From contig NC_057757.1 of assembly GCF_004010195.1 (NCBI RefSeq), forward strand, positions 7,404,942 to 7,468,941: DNA of 64,000 nt. The letters run 5' to 3'. Source of the DNA: Chiloscyllium plagiosum. Its lineage: Eukaryota. A program made the translations under genes and the position numbers. Below, in pieces: positions 52,401 through 64,000 of this stretch. The notes beneath the pieces were generated by a model. The model made no database searches. It saw only the letters and a program-made list of their open reading frames with translations, and was not told the DNA's origin. The stretch's first letter is position 1; each line of letters opens with the position of its first letter.

Positions 52401-52920
52401 TTAAAGCTTCCTCATCATCTGTCTCACTGGAGTCAGGACAAATTAGCATACCAGATGATCTTGGGGGGAAACCACTCCCCTTGCCCCACCTGCCTTTTCA
52501 CTTTTAACTGCAGCCACTTTGTCTGAGTTCTGGTGTTTGAAATCCCATAGTGCACCCTCAAATTCCAAAGTCTCCCAATCTTTCATTTTACCATTTGAGT
52601 ACTCTTCAAAATCCCACTTTCATGGATTACCTCGCAAACTCATCAACTGTGAGTTCTCGTGGCGCCTAGTGGATTCCTGCATCCAATGTCAAAAGGTAGA
52701 CTTTCATTTAGCATGCTCTTATCAAATGAGCCGCCTTTCCAGAATATTTGTAATTTTCTCAATCCCAGGTGCACCAGACTGGCCAAACGTCTTGCCCCAA
52801 TTTATGGCACAATGCTATCGACAGATGACATAAGTTCCGTTCTCAGGTCTTCCTATACCCTAGCACATAGAGCTCTGTTATTGCTGGTACCAAGAACAAT
52901 CAGAGATATGGACCCAAATT
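52400..52920 (-). pseudogene. Probable ERV gag N-terminal (matrix) remnant
   Basis: Position after LTR and leader; protein-like frame with stops; weak motif support. Confidence 0.4.
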
Positions 52921-53252
52921 GAAAAGTAAAAGTCTCTCTGATTTCTTAATAAAAAAACCTCAGAAATCTTAAATAAAAAAATCCCAGTGCAGACTTCAAA
53001 GTCAAACAACAACTTGCTCCCTGCTTCACTCCGCATAATCACAGTCCACTGGAAAAAGTTTGGAATTTAGATTCCGAAACCGTCATCTTTTGGTGTCCTC
53101 TGCAACGGACGAGGAGTCACAGCAGCCGGCCATGAGAGAGAGAGAGAGAGAGACAAACCAAAACTTAAAAATAGCTCACCTTGTGGTGCCGTCCATCTCT
53201 TTACCTCAAAGCATCAACTGCAGGATATCTGGTTTTCGCTCTCAGCACCACA

Positions 53253-53803
53253 TGTCAAGTTGAATTTTAATTAGCAGTAATCCGTGAGAGCTGAAATCAC
53301 AAACTTGACAAAAAAAAATACAACAGCATGATCTGAAAACAATCAGACTTTATTGATAAGAGTACTGCAGCAGTTTGGCAAAAACTTGTAGAGGACGGAG
53401 ATACCAGTAGTTCTCAATTTCTTTTACAGGTATCACACCTTTCCAAAGAAAGAACTATATCATGTACTTTAAAATATGCTAAGGAATTTCAAATTACCAT
53501 AAAAGGTATATCACGCATAGCACTGATACTTAGCCTGAAAAACATTAATCATTTGCATCATTCCATAGCTCTGTTTCTACTGTATAGACGTTTTGTTCAA
53601 GCTACAATCTGCAATATATACAAGGAGCCGTTAAGAAGGTCACTGAAGTTTTATCAAACTTGTGGAATTTGTTTACATTCAGCCTGGTCCTGAAAGCTGT
53701 TTCTGGCCTTTTGTCGCAGTCCTGTTTAACTTGCTGATCTATCATTCGAGAGTTGGCCATTTTTTCCCATCAAGCAATGTTAAATGTTCCCCACAATACC
53801 ACA
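53253..53803 (-). repeat. ERV 5' LTR
   Basis: Starts TGTGGTATTG; 53532-53803 aligns with 44321-44584; AATAAA at 53349-53354; proposed CA end at 53253, then TGG-starting PBS-like sequence (53233-53250) and donor AAG|GTGAG near 53180. Confidence 0.75.
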
Positions 53804-54626
53804 TTACAAGGGTGCGCCCTAATATTAAAACAGTTTCCCCCTCTCCACCGCCCCACCCCCATTCTGCACTGACTCACAACAGGAAACATCCATTCCATGT
53901 GCATCCTGTCAACACTGTTTAGGATGTTAACATGTGTTGAGTGATTTGAGGAATGTTATCTATGCTCAGACAGCATCAGAAAGCAATGTGAGGGAACGAT
54001 GTTCTATTCAGCAGAGTCAGAATGGCAGTTTTGGGTTTCTCATCTTAAGAACAGGAGCTGAAGTTGGCCATGTGTGCTCTCCGAGAGGCGGAGCCACTGA
54101 TCAGGATCAGAGCTGATATTCTAACTCTGTGCCTCTAGTCTGCCCCACTTCTAATAGAACACTGCTCTGAAATTAAATCTTGATCTCACAGTAATCCAGT
54201 TTGGCTTTAAAACCCACAGGTAAATGCAGGAAAACAAGGAAATAATTCCCATTTCAGGCAGCATTGATGGGGAAAGAAACAGTCAACTTTTCAGACTGGT
54301 ACTCAGTTATCAGCATTTCATTGCGTATATTCAGATCATCACCTTATCTCTGACGGAATTGCCAGGCCCCACTCCCATTTGTGTCACACCTGAGATTGGC
54401 AGCTTCCTCCTTTTTGTTCTGTGGCCTTAAGTGGGATCTCTCTCAGCTTTTCACGTGCGCACTTTTGTTTTTGGAGATCAAAGCTCATGGATTGTCCACA
54501 CAGCAGACCTTGCAGTAAATCGATTCTTTTTTTTCGGACAGACGCAATCAGACGGAAGAATGTGCGATGCTGTGAACTTACTACTTTCCTCTGGGGGATT
54601 GGAGGGAAAGGAATGTGAAGAAGAAA

Positions 54627-55555
54627 TCAGTTCCCGGGTTTCAAGCCCTTCAACCTGTTCCATGACTTAGCGATTCGCTTGAAAGGGTATATCATGGCAT
54701 TCTTCAGCTGTTCCCTGAATTTAGCCTGAATCACAGCGTAAATGCATGTGTTGGTGCAGGAGCTGAGCAGTTGCAGCATCTTTGATGTGCGATCTGTGAT
54801 GAAGCAAGGATCTGTAAAGGAAGAGTAATCTCGGATATCAGTAATACGTGCGTAAATGTTGTAAACAACCTGGGTCACCCACAACAGCACAAAACTGCCT
54901 GATATACTGAAGAGCAAAACAATGGACTTCCATCGGTTTTCCATCTCTGCATCCTTGTGCTTCTCTCCATTTGTTTGACCACGGAGACCCCTACGGATTC
55001 GACTACTCACTAAAATACGCCTGACAGTCAGCACATTGAACAGCAAGATCAGAAAGAATGGCACACAAGGGGTTAAAATGTAGTTGATCATTTCAAACGC
55101 AGCCCACGCAGGAGAATTGAAGAAACTCGGCTTACGGGCACAGCCCCACGGAATATTGTCAATGATGTATCGTGGTTCATAGATAAAGAACCAGGGTACA
55201 GACTCCAGGGAGCCCAGCATGGTCACAGTCCCGAGAAATGCTGCTGCAGTTCTCTCGTTGCAAAATCTTGTTTTCACCTTCTCACAGCAAATGGCAATAA
55301 ATCGGTCAGCGGTGAACGTGACTGTGAGCCAGACAGAAACCACTGTGGCTGCTGATCCCAGAGCAACAACAAGACTACACACAGGAGTAATGTTCACGTA
55401 GGAACGTGGTAAATAAATTGGAATAGTGATCCTCAATATGGCATCAAAGACAACGACAAAGTGATCGGCCACTGCCATTCCAACCAAGTAATACGTTACA
55501 CACTTAGAGAGACCACACCTTCCTCGGGATAGGATCACAATTGCGACAAGGTTAA
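54627..55555 (-). CDS. GPR139-like GPCR gene 2, exon 2 (spliced protein 332 aa)
   Basis: AG acceptor at 55556-55557; open frame; motifs GMAVAD, TADRFIAICC, SCTNTCIY, AKFR; clear paralogue of gene 1. Confidence 0.92.
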
Positions 55556-55947
55556 CTGTGAAGGAAGAGAGTGAGATAGGAGCAAATATTTACACACCCT
55601 GCATAAAAGAACAATGTGACAGAACCTATGGCAAAAGTTCCAACTTTGTTGTTGCTTGATGAGTGTAAACTGAAATGTTGAATGCTTTCCTACAGATGTG
55701 TGCTTGAAACACAATTATCAATATTTTGGGGGGAATCCATAACAAAAGTGAATAAAGTAACCATGGGAGATTTATAGGTTATCATTAATGGTAAAATGAA
55801 TTACCTACAAGAGTAAAGGAGCATATACAATGGTGGCATTTGACTCCAAGAAAAGGTGGTTGATAAAATACACAGTGAGAAATAATGATCATTAAGCAAC
55901 ACGGTTCACACAGAAATGCATCAGGAACACTTGAGATAACAGCTTAC

Positions 55948-56017
55948 CTGGAACACCAATGGCTGAAATGAGAGGAAAGTAAACGTCTTCTATTTTCCAT
56001 ACAACTGGGTATGTCAT
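55948..56017 (-). CDS. GPR139-like GPCR gene 2, coding exon 1 (MTYPVVWKIEDVYFPLISAIGVP)
   Basis: ATG at 56017; 23 codons plus 1 nt; donor G|GTAAG at 55947. Confidence 0.9.
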
Positions 56018-56103
56018 TTCTGGGATTAGCAACAATGTCTGTTGTTCTGGGAGTCCACAGATCTGGCAGGAACTGTGAACTTGTCCTTCCCAATAGATCC
56101 TGA

Positions 56104-56178
56104 TTTATACAGAGGAGAAATCTCTGGTGATATAGTTACACTTGACACCATTATTAATTACACTAACTTAAACAAACA
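56104..56178 (-). promoter_or_regulatory. Proximal promoter of GPCR gene 2: TATAAA, O/E-like site, TAATTA, forkhead-like motif
   Basis: TATAAA on minus at 56104-56109, 87 nt upstream of ATG; TCTCTGGTGA 56121-56130; TAATTA 56155-56160; ACAAACA 56172-56178. Confidence 0.55.
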
Positions 56179-56713
56179 CATTGCATCAACAGCTTTGCCT
56201 CTGGTCTAAGCAATGTTGGAAAAACAGAAGCATCTCAAATTCAGGAGGTTATCTTAGTTACACCATTATGCAATGAAGCTAAAAGTACTGGCAAAAAAAA
56301 GACTGACCTCATAATCAATAAACAGCTTCATTTACAGTTTCTCTGAAAGAAAGAGCCTTTTGGGGCTCTGCAAGGTAGACTGATTCCAGAGACACAGATT
56401 CATTCTGTTCCTGCAGATTCCCAATTAAAAATGCAAACTTCAATTCTCGAAAGGACATTGGCGTTTCTCCGTCCGTTTGAGGACTTTGTCCACTGAACTG
56501 ATCTTTGGTTACATGTACAGGACATCCCACGAGGTAAAGGCATCTGTAGAGTTCAATGTCTGACAGCCAGTTGGTGCAGGAAAGATTTAGAAGTTATTTT
56601 TTAACTTAGTTTAGGATTCATATGCAAGTTGGAAATTTGCAGATGTACAAATTCTAACTCAAAAACTCAACTCCAGTGCCAGAGTATGACACTTAGAAAC
56701 AATTATTTAGTCT

Positions 56714-56790
56714 CCTAACCCTAATCCTAACCATAACCCTAACCCTAACTCAACCATGACCAAACGCTAACCCTCACCCTAACCCCAACT
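56714..56790 (+). repeat. Degenerate (CCCTAA)n telomere-like tract
   Basis: About 12 imperfect hexamers. Confidence 0.75.
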
Positions 56791-57931
56791 CAACTTGTGT
56801 GCCCTGACTGAGTCAGCAACTAAATGCCCCTAGAGAATTTGCTGATAAACTGATTCAATGAACTGCTGCAGTCAATGTGGTAGACTCAAAATGTCATAAA
56901 GGAGGGATATATAGGATTTAGACCCAGCAACCCTGAAGGAATGGCATTTGGTGTGCTAACAATATCAAGGGGCGGTGGTTAGATAAGCTTCGATTGGAGA
57001 TGTTCATTGCCTCGTGTATGGCATAAATATTCCTTGCAACGTCTTGGCCTAAGCCTGGATATTGTTCAGAATTTGTTGCATTTGTATATGGATGGCTTCA
57101 GTATCTGGGGAGTTCTGAGTGATAGTGACCATTGTGCACCTCATCATCAAATAATCCTACTTCAGACCTTATGATCGAGGGAAGGTCATTGATGAAGCAT
57201 CTGAAGAGAGTTGGGAGACTTTTCTGTGGAACTCCTGCAAAGATGTTCTGGAGCTGAGATAACTGACAATCGACCAACAACCACAACCATATTCCTATGC
57301 TGCATGAATCCTTGATAGCACACTCCACCCAACATGACACTGGTGTCAAGTGTAGTCACCATCACCTCACTCTCCATGCGCTCAGTTCAGCTATTTGTCC
57401 ATTTGTGAACCAAGGCTGTAATGAGGTCAGGAGCTGAGTGGTTCTGATGTGGAACCCAAACCGGACATGACTGCGACGGTGTCGCTTGATAGCACTGCTA
57501 TTGACACCATCCACCACTTTACTGATCATTGAGAGTAGACAGATGGGGCAGGAACTGGCCAATTGGGTTTGTCTACTTCTCTAGTATGGGATCTACCCGT
57601 CAATTTTCCACATTTTTGGGTAGGTTCCAGTGTTGTAACAACATAGGAACCGTTTGGCTGTGATGCAACATACTCTGGACCACAACATTTCAAAACTATT
57701 GGCAGGGCCTTTGCAGTATTCGATGCTTTCAGCTAAATCTACATCACTTGGAGTGAATCTAACGGTTGAAAACTGGCATCTGTGTTGTTGGGGTTCTCTG
57801 AAGGAGACTGAGACAAATTATATACCGAGCACTTCTGGCTGAAGATTGTCATGAAAGCTACATCCTTATCATTCGCAGTGTTGTGCTGGTCTCTCCCAAA
57901 AGTTGAGGACAGGATTATTTGTGAAGTCTCC

Positions 57932-58058
57932 TCCTGATGAAGGGCTTATGCCCAAAACGCTGATTCTCCTGCTCCTCGGTTGCTGCCTGACCTGCTGCAC
58001 TTTTACAGCACCACACTCTCGACTCTGATCTCCAAATTCCGCAGTCATCACTTTCTCC
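57932..58058 (+). mobile_element. Short Penelope terminal-repeat insertion
   Basis: Same family as 49084-49213. Confidence 0.8.
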
Positions 58059-59049
58059 TCCTCTGGTGAGTTGTTTTTTTTTTTGTCCATGACCATTCCC
58101 AACCGGGGCGGCAGAGCTCAGATCGTTGCAGAGCTTAAACCACTTCCTGAAGTAGTCATGTGGAAGATCAATGAATTAAAACTGCAAGATTAGCATCAGA
58201 AATGGTAGACAAGAAAAAGTTAGTTCGCAAATCAAACTTTGGCTTCTGGCATCAAGCTCAATCTGCGAGGGTTAGAAAATGGGGAAAGGAGAACTCGTTA
58301 GGCGGTTAAAGAAAAGGACATCTCATTGAAGATAGTAACGATAGTTTACCAGACGTTCAAAAAAGAAACCCCTGAGGCAGAAGAGAAGTCAATAACCTTC
58401 GATGTTTCTACTGTAAAAATGCAGGACACATGAAGTCACAATGTTGGTGAGTTTAATAAAAGAACTGGGAAGACAGATGTGATAAGCCAATGGAGTTTAT
58501 TGAAGGGGTAAAGGAGTTCACAGTGGAAGCTAGAAATCTGCAAAAGAATGTACAACCTGGTCTGGGGTCGGTTGATATGAAAGTACCAGATCTCTTGAAA
58601 GCATTAACTGGCACAGTGAAGGTTTGTGCCAAGAGGAGCAGGTAAAGAAATTAAGAGTTTAAGCGATACAGGAGCAAGTCAATCTTTGACTGTGGAAGAT
58701 GAGCAGATATATAAGTCAGTAGGAGTATTGTCAGCGGAGGTGGTGTTGTGTTGAATTCATGGTGAGAAAAGTAATGCTCCATTATATGAGATGAGTTGGG
58801 ATTGTCTGGTGAAAAGTAATGAACTGGTGGTCAGAATAATAGGGAAATTCTCTGTTCCAGAAATAAGGCTCGCCCTCAGTAATGATACAGCTGTATCACA
58901 GTTGGGAGTGATGCCTACTCTGATTTAAAAGCTAGTGGGAAGTCAAACAACTGAGGTGTTGCAGGAAGTATATCCTGTGATGTTTCCTGACATCGTGGTG
59001 TTATGGACCAGACCAGACTCCCTCAAAATATAATCAGAGATTACATAAC

Positions 59050-59185
59050 TAAAAACCAACAGAACTGTGGATGCTGGAAATCACAAACGAAAACAGAAAT
59101 TGCTGGAAAACCTCAGCAAGTCTGGGGGAATCTGTGCAGACTAATCCAAGTTAACGTTTCAGGTCCGGTGACCCTTCCTCAGAGT
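59050..59185 (-). mobile_element. Short Penelope-derived repeat
   Basis: Reverse-oriented family motif with degenerate hammerhead core. Confidence 0.65.
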
Positions 59186-59271
59186 TAAGAGACTACATAG
59201 TTGGACTATGTGTCAAATGTTAGGGAAAGGTTAAATAGAGCAGGTGAGTTGGCTCGACAGCATTTAAAAGT

Positions 59272-59410
59272 TCCATCATTCCTGATGAAGGGCTTTTGCC
59301 CGAAACTTCGATTTTCCTGCTCCTCAGATGCTGCCTGATCTGCTGTGATTTCCCAGCACCACTCTAATCTTGATCCCGATCTCCAGCATCTGCCGTACTC
59401 ACTTTCGCCG
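59272..59410 (+). mobile_element. Short Penelope terminal-repeat insertion in Gypsy integrase
   Basis: TSD AGCATTTAAAAGT at 59259-59271 and 59411-59423. Confidence 0.85.
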
Positions 59411-59689
59411 AGCATTTAAAAGTAGCACAGCATGTAATGAAACAGGAAGCAGACAAGGGATCAAAACTTCGTAGTTTCAATACTGGAGATAAAGGCCCAG
59501 TATTACTACCAGTGGAAGCTGAACATTTAAAAGCAAGTGCCTTATCAATTCAAAAGGGAATTGAATGAAGTGAATTATTTGATAAGAACTCCCAGAGTGT
59601 GTCATGTGAATATGCTCAAATGGTATTTTGACATGCAAGGGAAGCAAAATGAGAACTTGCTACCTGTTACAGTTCAGAGTCAAGAACCA

Positions 59690-61440
59690 AAGCTGGAAGA
59701 CATTGGTAAAGTGCTAAATGAGCATTTCACATCTACCCTTATTTGGGATAAGGAGGACACAAGTACAGAATTTGAGAAGAGGGTCTCTGAAGTTCTTGAA
59801 TAGATTGACATATGAGGGATTTGAGATGGATTTTAAAGTGGACAGATCCCCAGATCTGGGTGAGTTGTGTCACCAGCTGTTGTGGGTGACGAGAGAGGAA
59901 ATGCTAAGTGCACTGACCCAAAGCTTTAAAGAGTCTCTTACCAGACAGTTCGGGCCAGAAGTCTGGAGGACAGCTAATGGAGTTCATCTTACAAGAAGGC
60001 AGGTAGAGAAAAAACAAGGAATTGCAATGTGAGTTTCACATCAGTGGTGAGGAAGCTGTCGGAGGAAATATCGAGTGAGACAATTAATCTCGATTTAGAG
60101 ATGTGGGGATAATCAGTATGACTTTGTTAGAGGAAGGTCATGCCTAACACATCTGGTGGAATTTTTTTCAAGGAGAGGACCAAATATAAATCTGAGGACA
60201 CGCAAGTTGATGCAGTTTATATGGATTTGAGCATGGCCTATGACAAGGTCCCACACGGGAAACTGATAAACAAGGTAAAATCTCATGGATCTCATGGGCG
60301 GCACGGTGGCACAGTGGTTAGCACTGCTGCCTCACAGCGCCTGAGACCCGGGTTCAATTCCCACTTCAGGCGACTGACTGTGTGGAGTTTGCACGTTCTC
60401 CCCGTGTCTGCGTGGGTTTCCTCCGGGTGCTCTGGTTTCCTCCCACAGTCCAAAGATGTGCAGGTCAGGTGAATTGGCCATGCTAAATTGCCCGTAGTGT
60501 TAGGTAAGGGGTAAATGTAGGGGTATGGGTGGGTTGCGCTTCGGCGGATCGATGTGGACTTGTTGGGCCGAAGGGCCTGTTTCCACACTGTAATGTAATC
60601 TAATCTAATCCAGAGTAATTTGTGACAAGTTGGATCCAAACTTGGCGCACTAACAGAGTCAAAGGGTAGTGGGAGAAGGCTACTTGTTTGACTGGAGAAC
60701 CTTCTGCAGTGTTATACCACGGGATCAGTGATGGGTCCCTGATTGCTTCTGATATCCACTGACTGATATGGGTGACAGTGTGGGCTGTGGCAGCGGTGGT
60801 GATAAGTAAGTTTGCAGATGACTCAAAGATTGGCTAGGTGGTTGAGAGTGGGGACAAATATATGAGGTTACAGGAGGATATAGAAAGATGGGTCAGATGG
60901 CAGATAGGTAGCAGATGGAATTTCCTGTCACCACGTTACAGGAAGATTGTGGAAGCTTTGGAGAAAATGCAGAAGAGGTTTACGAGGATGCTGCCTTGAT
61001 TAGAGGGCAAGACCAATAAGGAGAAGCTTGAAAACCTTGGGTTGTTTTCTCTGAAGCGACAGAGGAGACTTGTTAGAAGTCTACATAATGATGAGATGCA
61101 CAGATAGGGTCCATGTTCAGAATCCTTTTTCCCAGAGTTGAAATGCCTACAACGAGAGGGCATGCTTTTATGGAGGGAAGGAGAAAGTTAAAAGGAGATG
61201 TGAGGGCCATTTTGTTTTACACATACAGCAGTAGGAATCCGGAACACACTGTCAGGGATGGTGGTGGAGGCAAATACGATCAGTGTATTTAAGGGACATT
61301 TAGATAAGCAGATGTGTTTGCAAGGAAAGGAGGGATGTGGACCACAGGCAGGTAGAAGTGATTAGTTTAATTTGTATCATGTTTTGCACAACATTGTGGA
61401 TTCAAGGGCCCATTCCTGTGTTGTTCTGTCCAATGCTGTA
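59690..61440 (+). mobile_element. CR1 LINE ORF2 remnant
   Basis: VDAVYMDLSMAYDKVPH, KFADD. Confidence 0.85.
60296..60610 (+). mobile_element. HE1-type SINE nested in CR1
   Basis: Same consensus; TAATC tail. Confidence 0.9.
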
Positions 61441-61903
61441 TGTGTTCTAAATGTGATTTGATGCACTTTCGAGGAAATAGCAAGACAAGGGACAACTCGA
61501 TGAATAATAAGACACTGGAAGGCTCAGAAGAACAGAGCGATTTTCGGGTGCTTGCCCACAGATCCTTGAAGACAGTATAACAAGTTAAAAGGGTACTTTA
61601 GAAGGGATATGTGATGCTTTCCTTTTTCAATCATGGCATAGATTATGTTGGAGCTTGACAAAACTTTGATTAGGCCACAGTTGGAATACTTGGAAGAAGT
61701 GCGTATGGAATTTGTTGAGGCAGGAGCATAGTGGGATGAAGGTGAGACCTTACAGAGGGCTGACCATTCATCCTCAGTGAGGGGGAGGTCTCAGGTGGAG
61801 GGAGGTGGGATAGCAAAAACCTGGCAGGGTTGGGGGCTTGGGCCTGGTGTAGAGCTTTCTTGACCAGTCTACCGTGTGGGACCTTGTCAAGTGGCTTATT
61901 AAA

Positions 61904-62035
61904 TTCATGATGAAGGGCTTTTGTCTGAAATGTCGATTTTCCTGCTCCTCAGATGCTGGCTGACCTGCTGTGCTTTTCCAGCACTACTCTAATCTAGACT
62001 CTGGTTTCCGGCATCTGCAGTCCTCACTTTTGCCG
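61904..62035 (+). mobile_element. Short Penelope terminal-repeat insertion
   Basis: Family motif; TATTAAA on both flanks. Confidence 0.8.
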
Positions 62036-62151
62036 TATTAAAATCCATTGTGTTACCCTCATCAAATCCCTGCCTCAAAGGATGCTATCAATTTTTTAAG
62101 GCTTGACCTGCCCTTTAAAAAAAACCATGTGGACAATCTCTGAATAGTCAA

Positions 62152-62445
62152 TAGAACATAGAACATTTCATAGAACATAGAACATTACAGCACAGTACAG
62201 GCCCTTCGGCCCTCAATGTTGTGCTGACCTGTCATACCAATCTGAAGCCCATCTAACCTACACTATTCCATGTACGTCCATATGCTTGTCCAATGACGAC
62301 TTAAATGTACTTAAACTTGGCGAATCTACTACAGTTACAGGCAAAGCATTCCATACCCTTACTACTCTCTGACTAAAGAAACTACCTCTGACATCTGTCC
62401 TATATTTATCACCCCTCAATTTAAAGCAATGCCACCTCGTCCTCG
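62152..62445 (-). mobile_element. CR1/HER1 3' fragment
   Basis: (ATAGAAC)n tail; reverse complement of 5700-5966. Confidence 0.85.
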
Positions 62446-64000
62446 CCATGCCAAACAGTCGATGCAACAGATGAGAGGCAGAACAAAATTATCCCAAAAC
62501 CAACGGATTAGGTCTAAGCTCTAAAGTCTTTCCACCTGCAGTTGGGAATGGTGGTGGACAAGTAAACAACTCGGTGGAGGAAAGGGGGGTCCCCAAATAT
62601 CAACGTCCTCCCTGTGAGGAGAGGGCAGCGCATCAGTGCAAAGAATGATGCTGTAGCGTTGGCTTAAGTTTACACTCAGAAGCTCAGTGTGTAATTTAGC
62701 ACGGCCTTGTCAAGAGACCCTCAGTGACATAGTTGCCAATTTTCAACCATTTGATCCCACCTCGTGATATCAAGAATCGGCTGAAAGCAACGGATGCTTC
62801 GAAGGCCCAGACAATGTGACTGAAGTCATTTGTTCCATAAAATGGTCCATCACAGCCACAGTGTCCTACACAACACCGGCATTCTACACGACAATGTGGA
62901 AAATTGCCCGGTGAGGTCACATACATGGAAAGTAAGGAAAATCAAACCCAGTCAATTACCATGCCATCAGTCTACACTCTATCATCAGTAAAGTAATAGC
63001 CTGCCACTTTGGGTACCACAGGGCCTTTCAGCTCCTGACCTTACCACTTGGGCCTTTTGGCTCCTGACCTCATTTCAGTCTTGGTTCAAAGATCGACAAA
63101 TAAGCTGAACTGAGCAAGTGGGGAGCGAGGTGAGGGTGACTGCACTTGATATCAAAGTTGTATTGGGCCAAGTGTGCTATCAAATTGGAATCCATGGCAA
63201 ACTTTTCACTCGTAGTCATACCTGGTGATTTGTGGTTTTTGGAGGTCAGTTATCTCAACTCAAGAACATCGCTGCAGGAGTTTCTCAGGGGATTGTCTTA
63301 GGCCCCACCATTTTCACCGATTTCAACAATGACATTCCCTGTCTCAGAAGGTAGGAAGTCATCATTATGATGACTGCATAATGTTCAGTATCATTCATGA
63401 CTCCTCAGAAACTGAAGTAGTCCTTGTATAAAGTTAACAAAATATGGAAAGCTTCAAGGCTTTGGCTAAGGTTTGGCAAGTAATTTTCACACCACACGGC
63501 AGCCAATGAACAACTCCAATAGGAGTGCGTGTAACCAAAGCCCTTTGAGAATCAATATTTTTTACTAGACTGAATCCTGTCCCATCTGTGTTCCTTGGTC
63601 TTAGTTCTGTACTTCCCTCTGTTATGATATTGCTGGTCTCCTTACAGCCAGTAGAGTGCAGCAGCTTAGGAAAGCTGTTCAGGAGCACCTCTTCCAGTGC
63701 AATTCAGGATGGTGATACATGTTGAGCCAACCAGCAGCTCCCATTCCCATGTGTGAATTCCAAAAATTCAAAATGGGAAAACTTTACCCCTCAGGCGAGA
63801 TTGAACTGTAATCCCAATACTGCATTTAATGAAGAGATAGAGGAAGGAGTACTGCATTCTATTAACTGAATTTCTTAGCTAATTGTACAAGTTAGACTTC
63901 AGTGTAGAGATAAAATTGTGGTTCTGGTTGGGGTTATGTTTAGAGTTAGAGCAGTAGGATATTAATTGAAAAATTGCATAAAAATGTACCTGCAGTAGAA

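Larger units (their letters stand above)
44321..53803 (-). mobile_element. Degenerate class I (epsilon/gamma-like) endogenous retrovirus with nested insertions
   Basis: Paired LTRs, PPT, candidate PBS, gag zinc knuckle, RT/RNase H/IN motifs and env motifs in retroviral order. Confidence 0.9.
58150..59690 (+). mobile_element. Gmr1-like Gypsy LTR retrotransposon remnant, internally deleted
   Basis: CFYCKNAGHMKSQC knuckle at 58403-58444; protease SDTGASQS near 58665; integrase C-terminus PYQ...VNYLIRTP...HVNMLK. Confidence 0.75.

Noticed and set aside
53233..53250. Assigning the ERV primer-binding site to a specific tRNA
   Set aside because: TGGTGCTGAGAGCG only partly resembles Phe or His 3' ends; cannot be assigned by eye

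Overview
Repeat-rich vertebrate genomic DNA. The repeat content (HE1-type tRNA SINEs, CR1/HER1-type LINEs, Penelope-like elements) points to a cartilaginous fish (inference). The host genes form a minus-strand cluster of two-exon class A GPCRs resembling GPR139: two intact genes (17728-19454, 325 aa; 54627-56017, 332 aa) and one pseudogene (38772-39479). Duplicated flanking DNA suggests a deleted copy and further copies beyond both window edges. The two intact genes share a proximal promoter module with conserved spacing (TATA, O/E-like site, TAATTR), which resembles chemoreceptor promoters. The window also holds an unidentified decayed multi-exon gene (about 24.5-29.3 kb), a degenerate class I ERV with both LTRs (44321-53803), a Gmr1-like Gypsy remnant, an L1-type LINE, Penelope insertions with hammerhead cores and 12-13 bp TSDs, and a tRNA-Ser/HE1 chimeric insertion. 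All alignments were made by eye; repeat boundaries are approximate.
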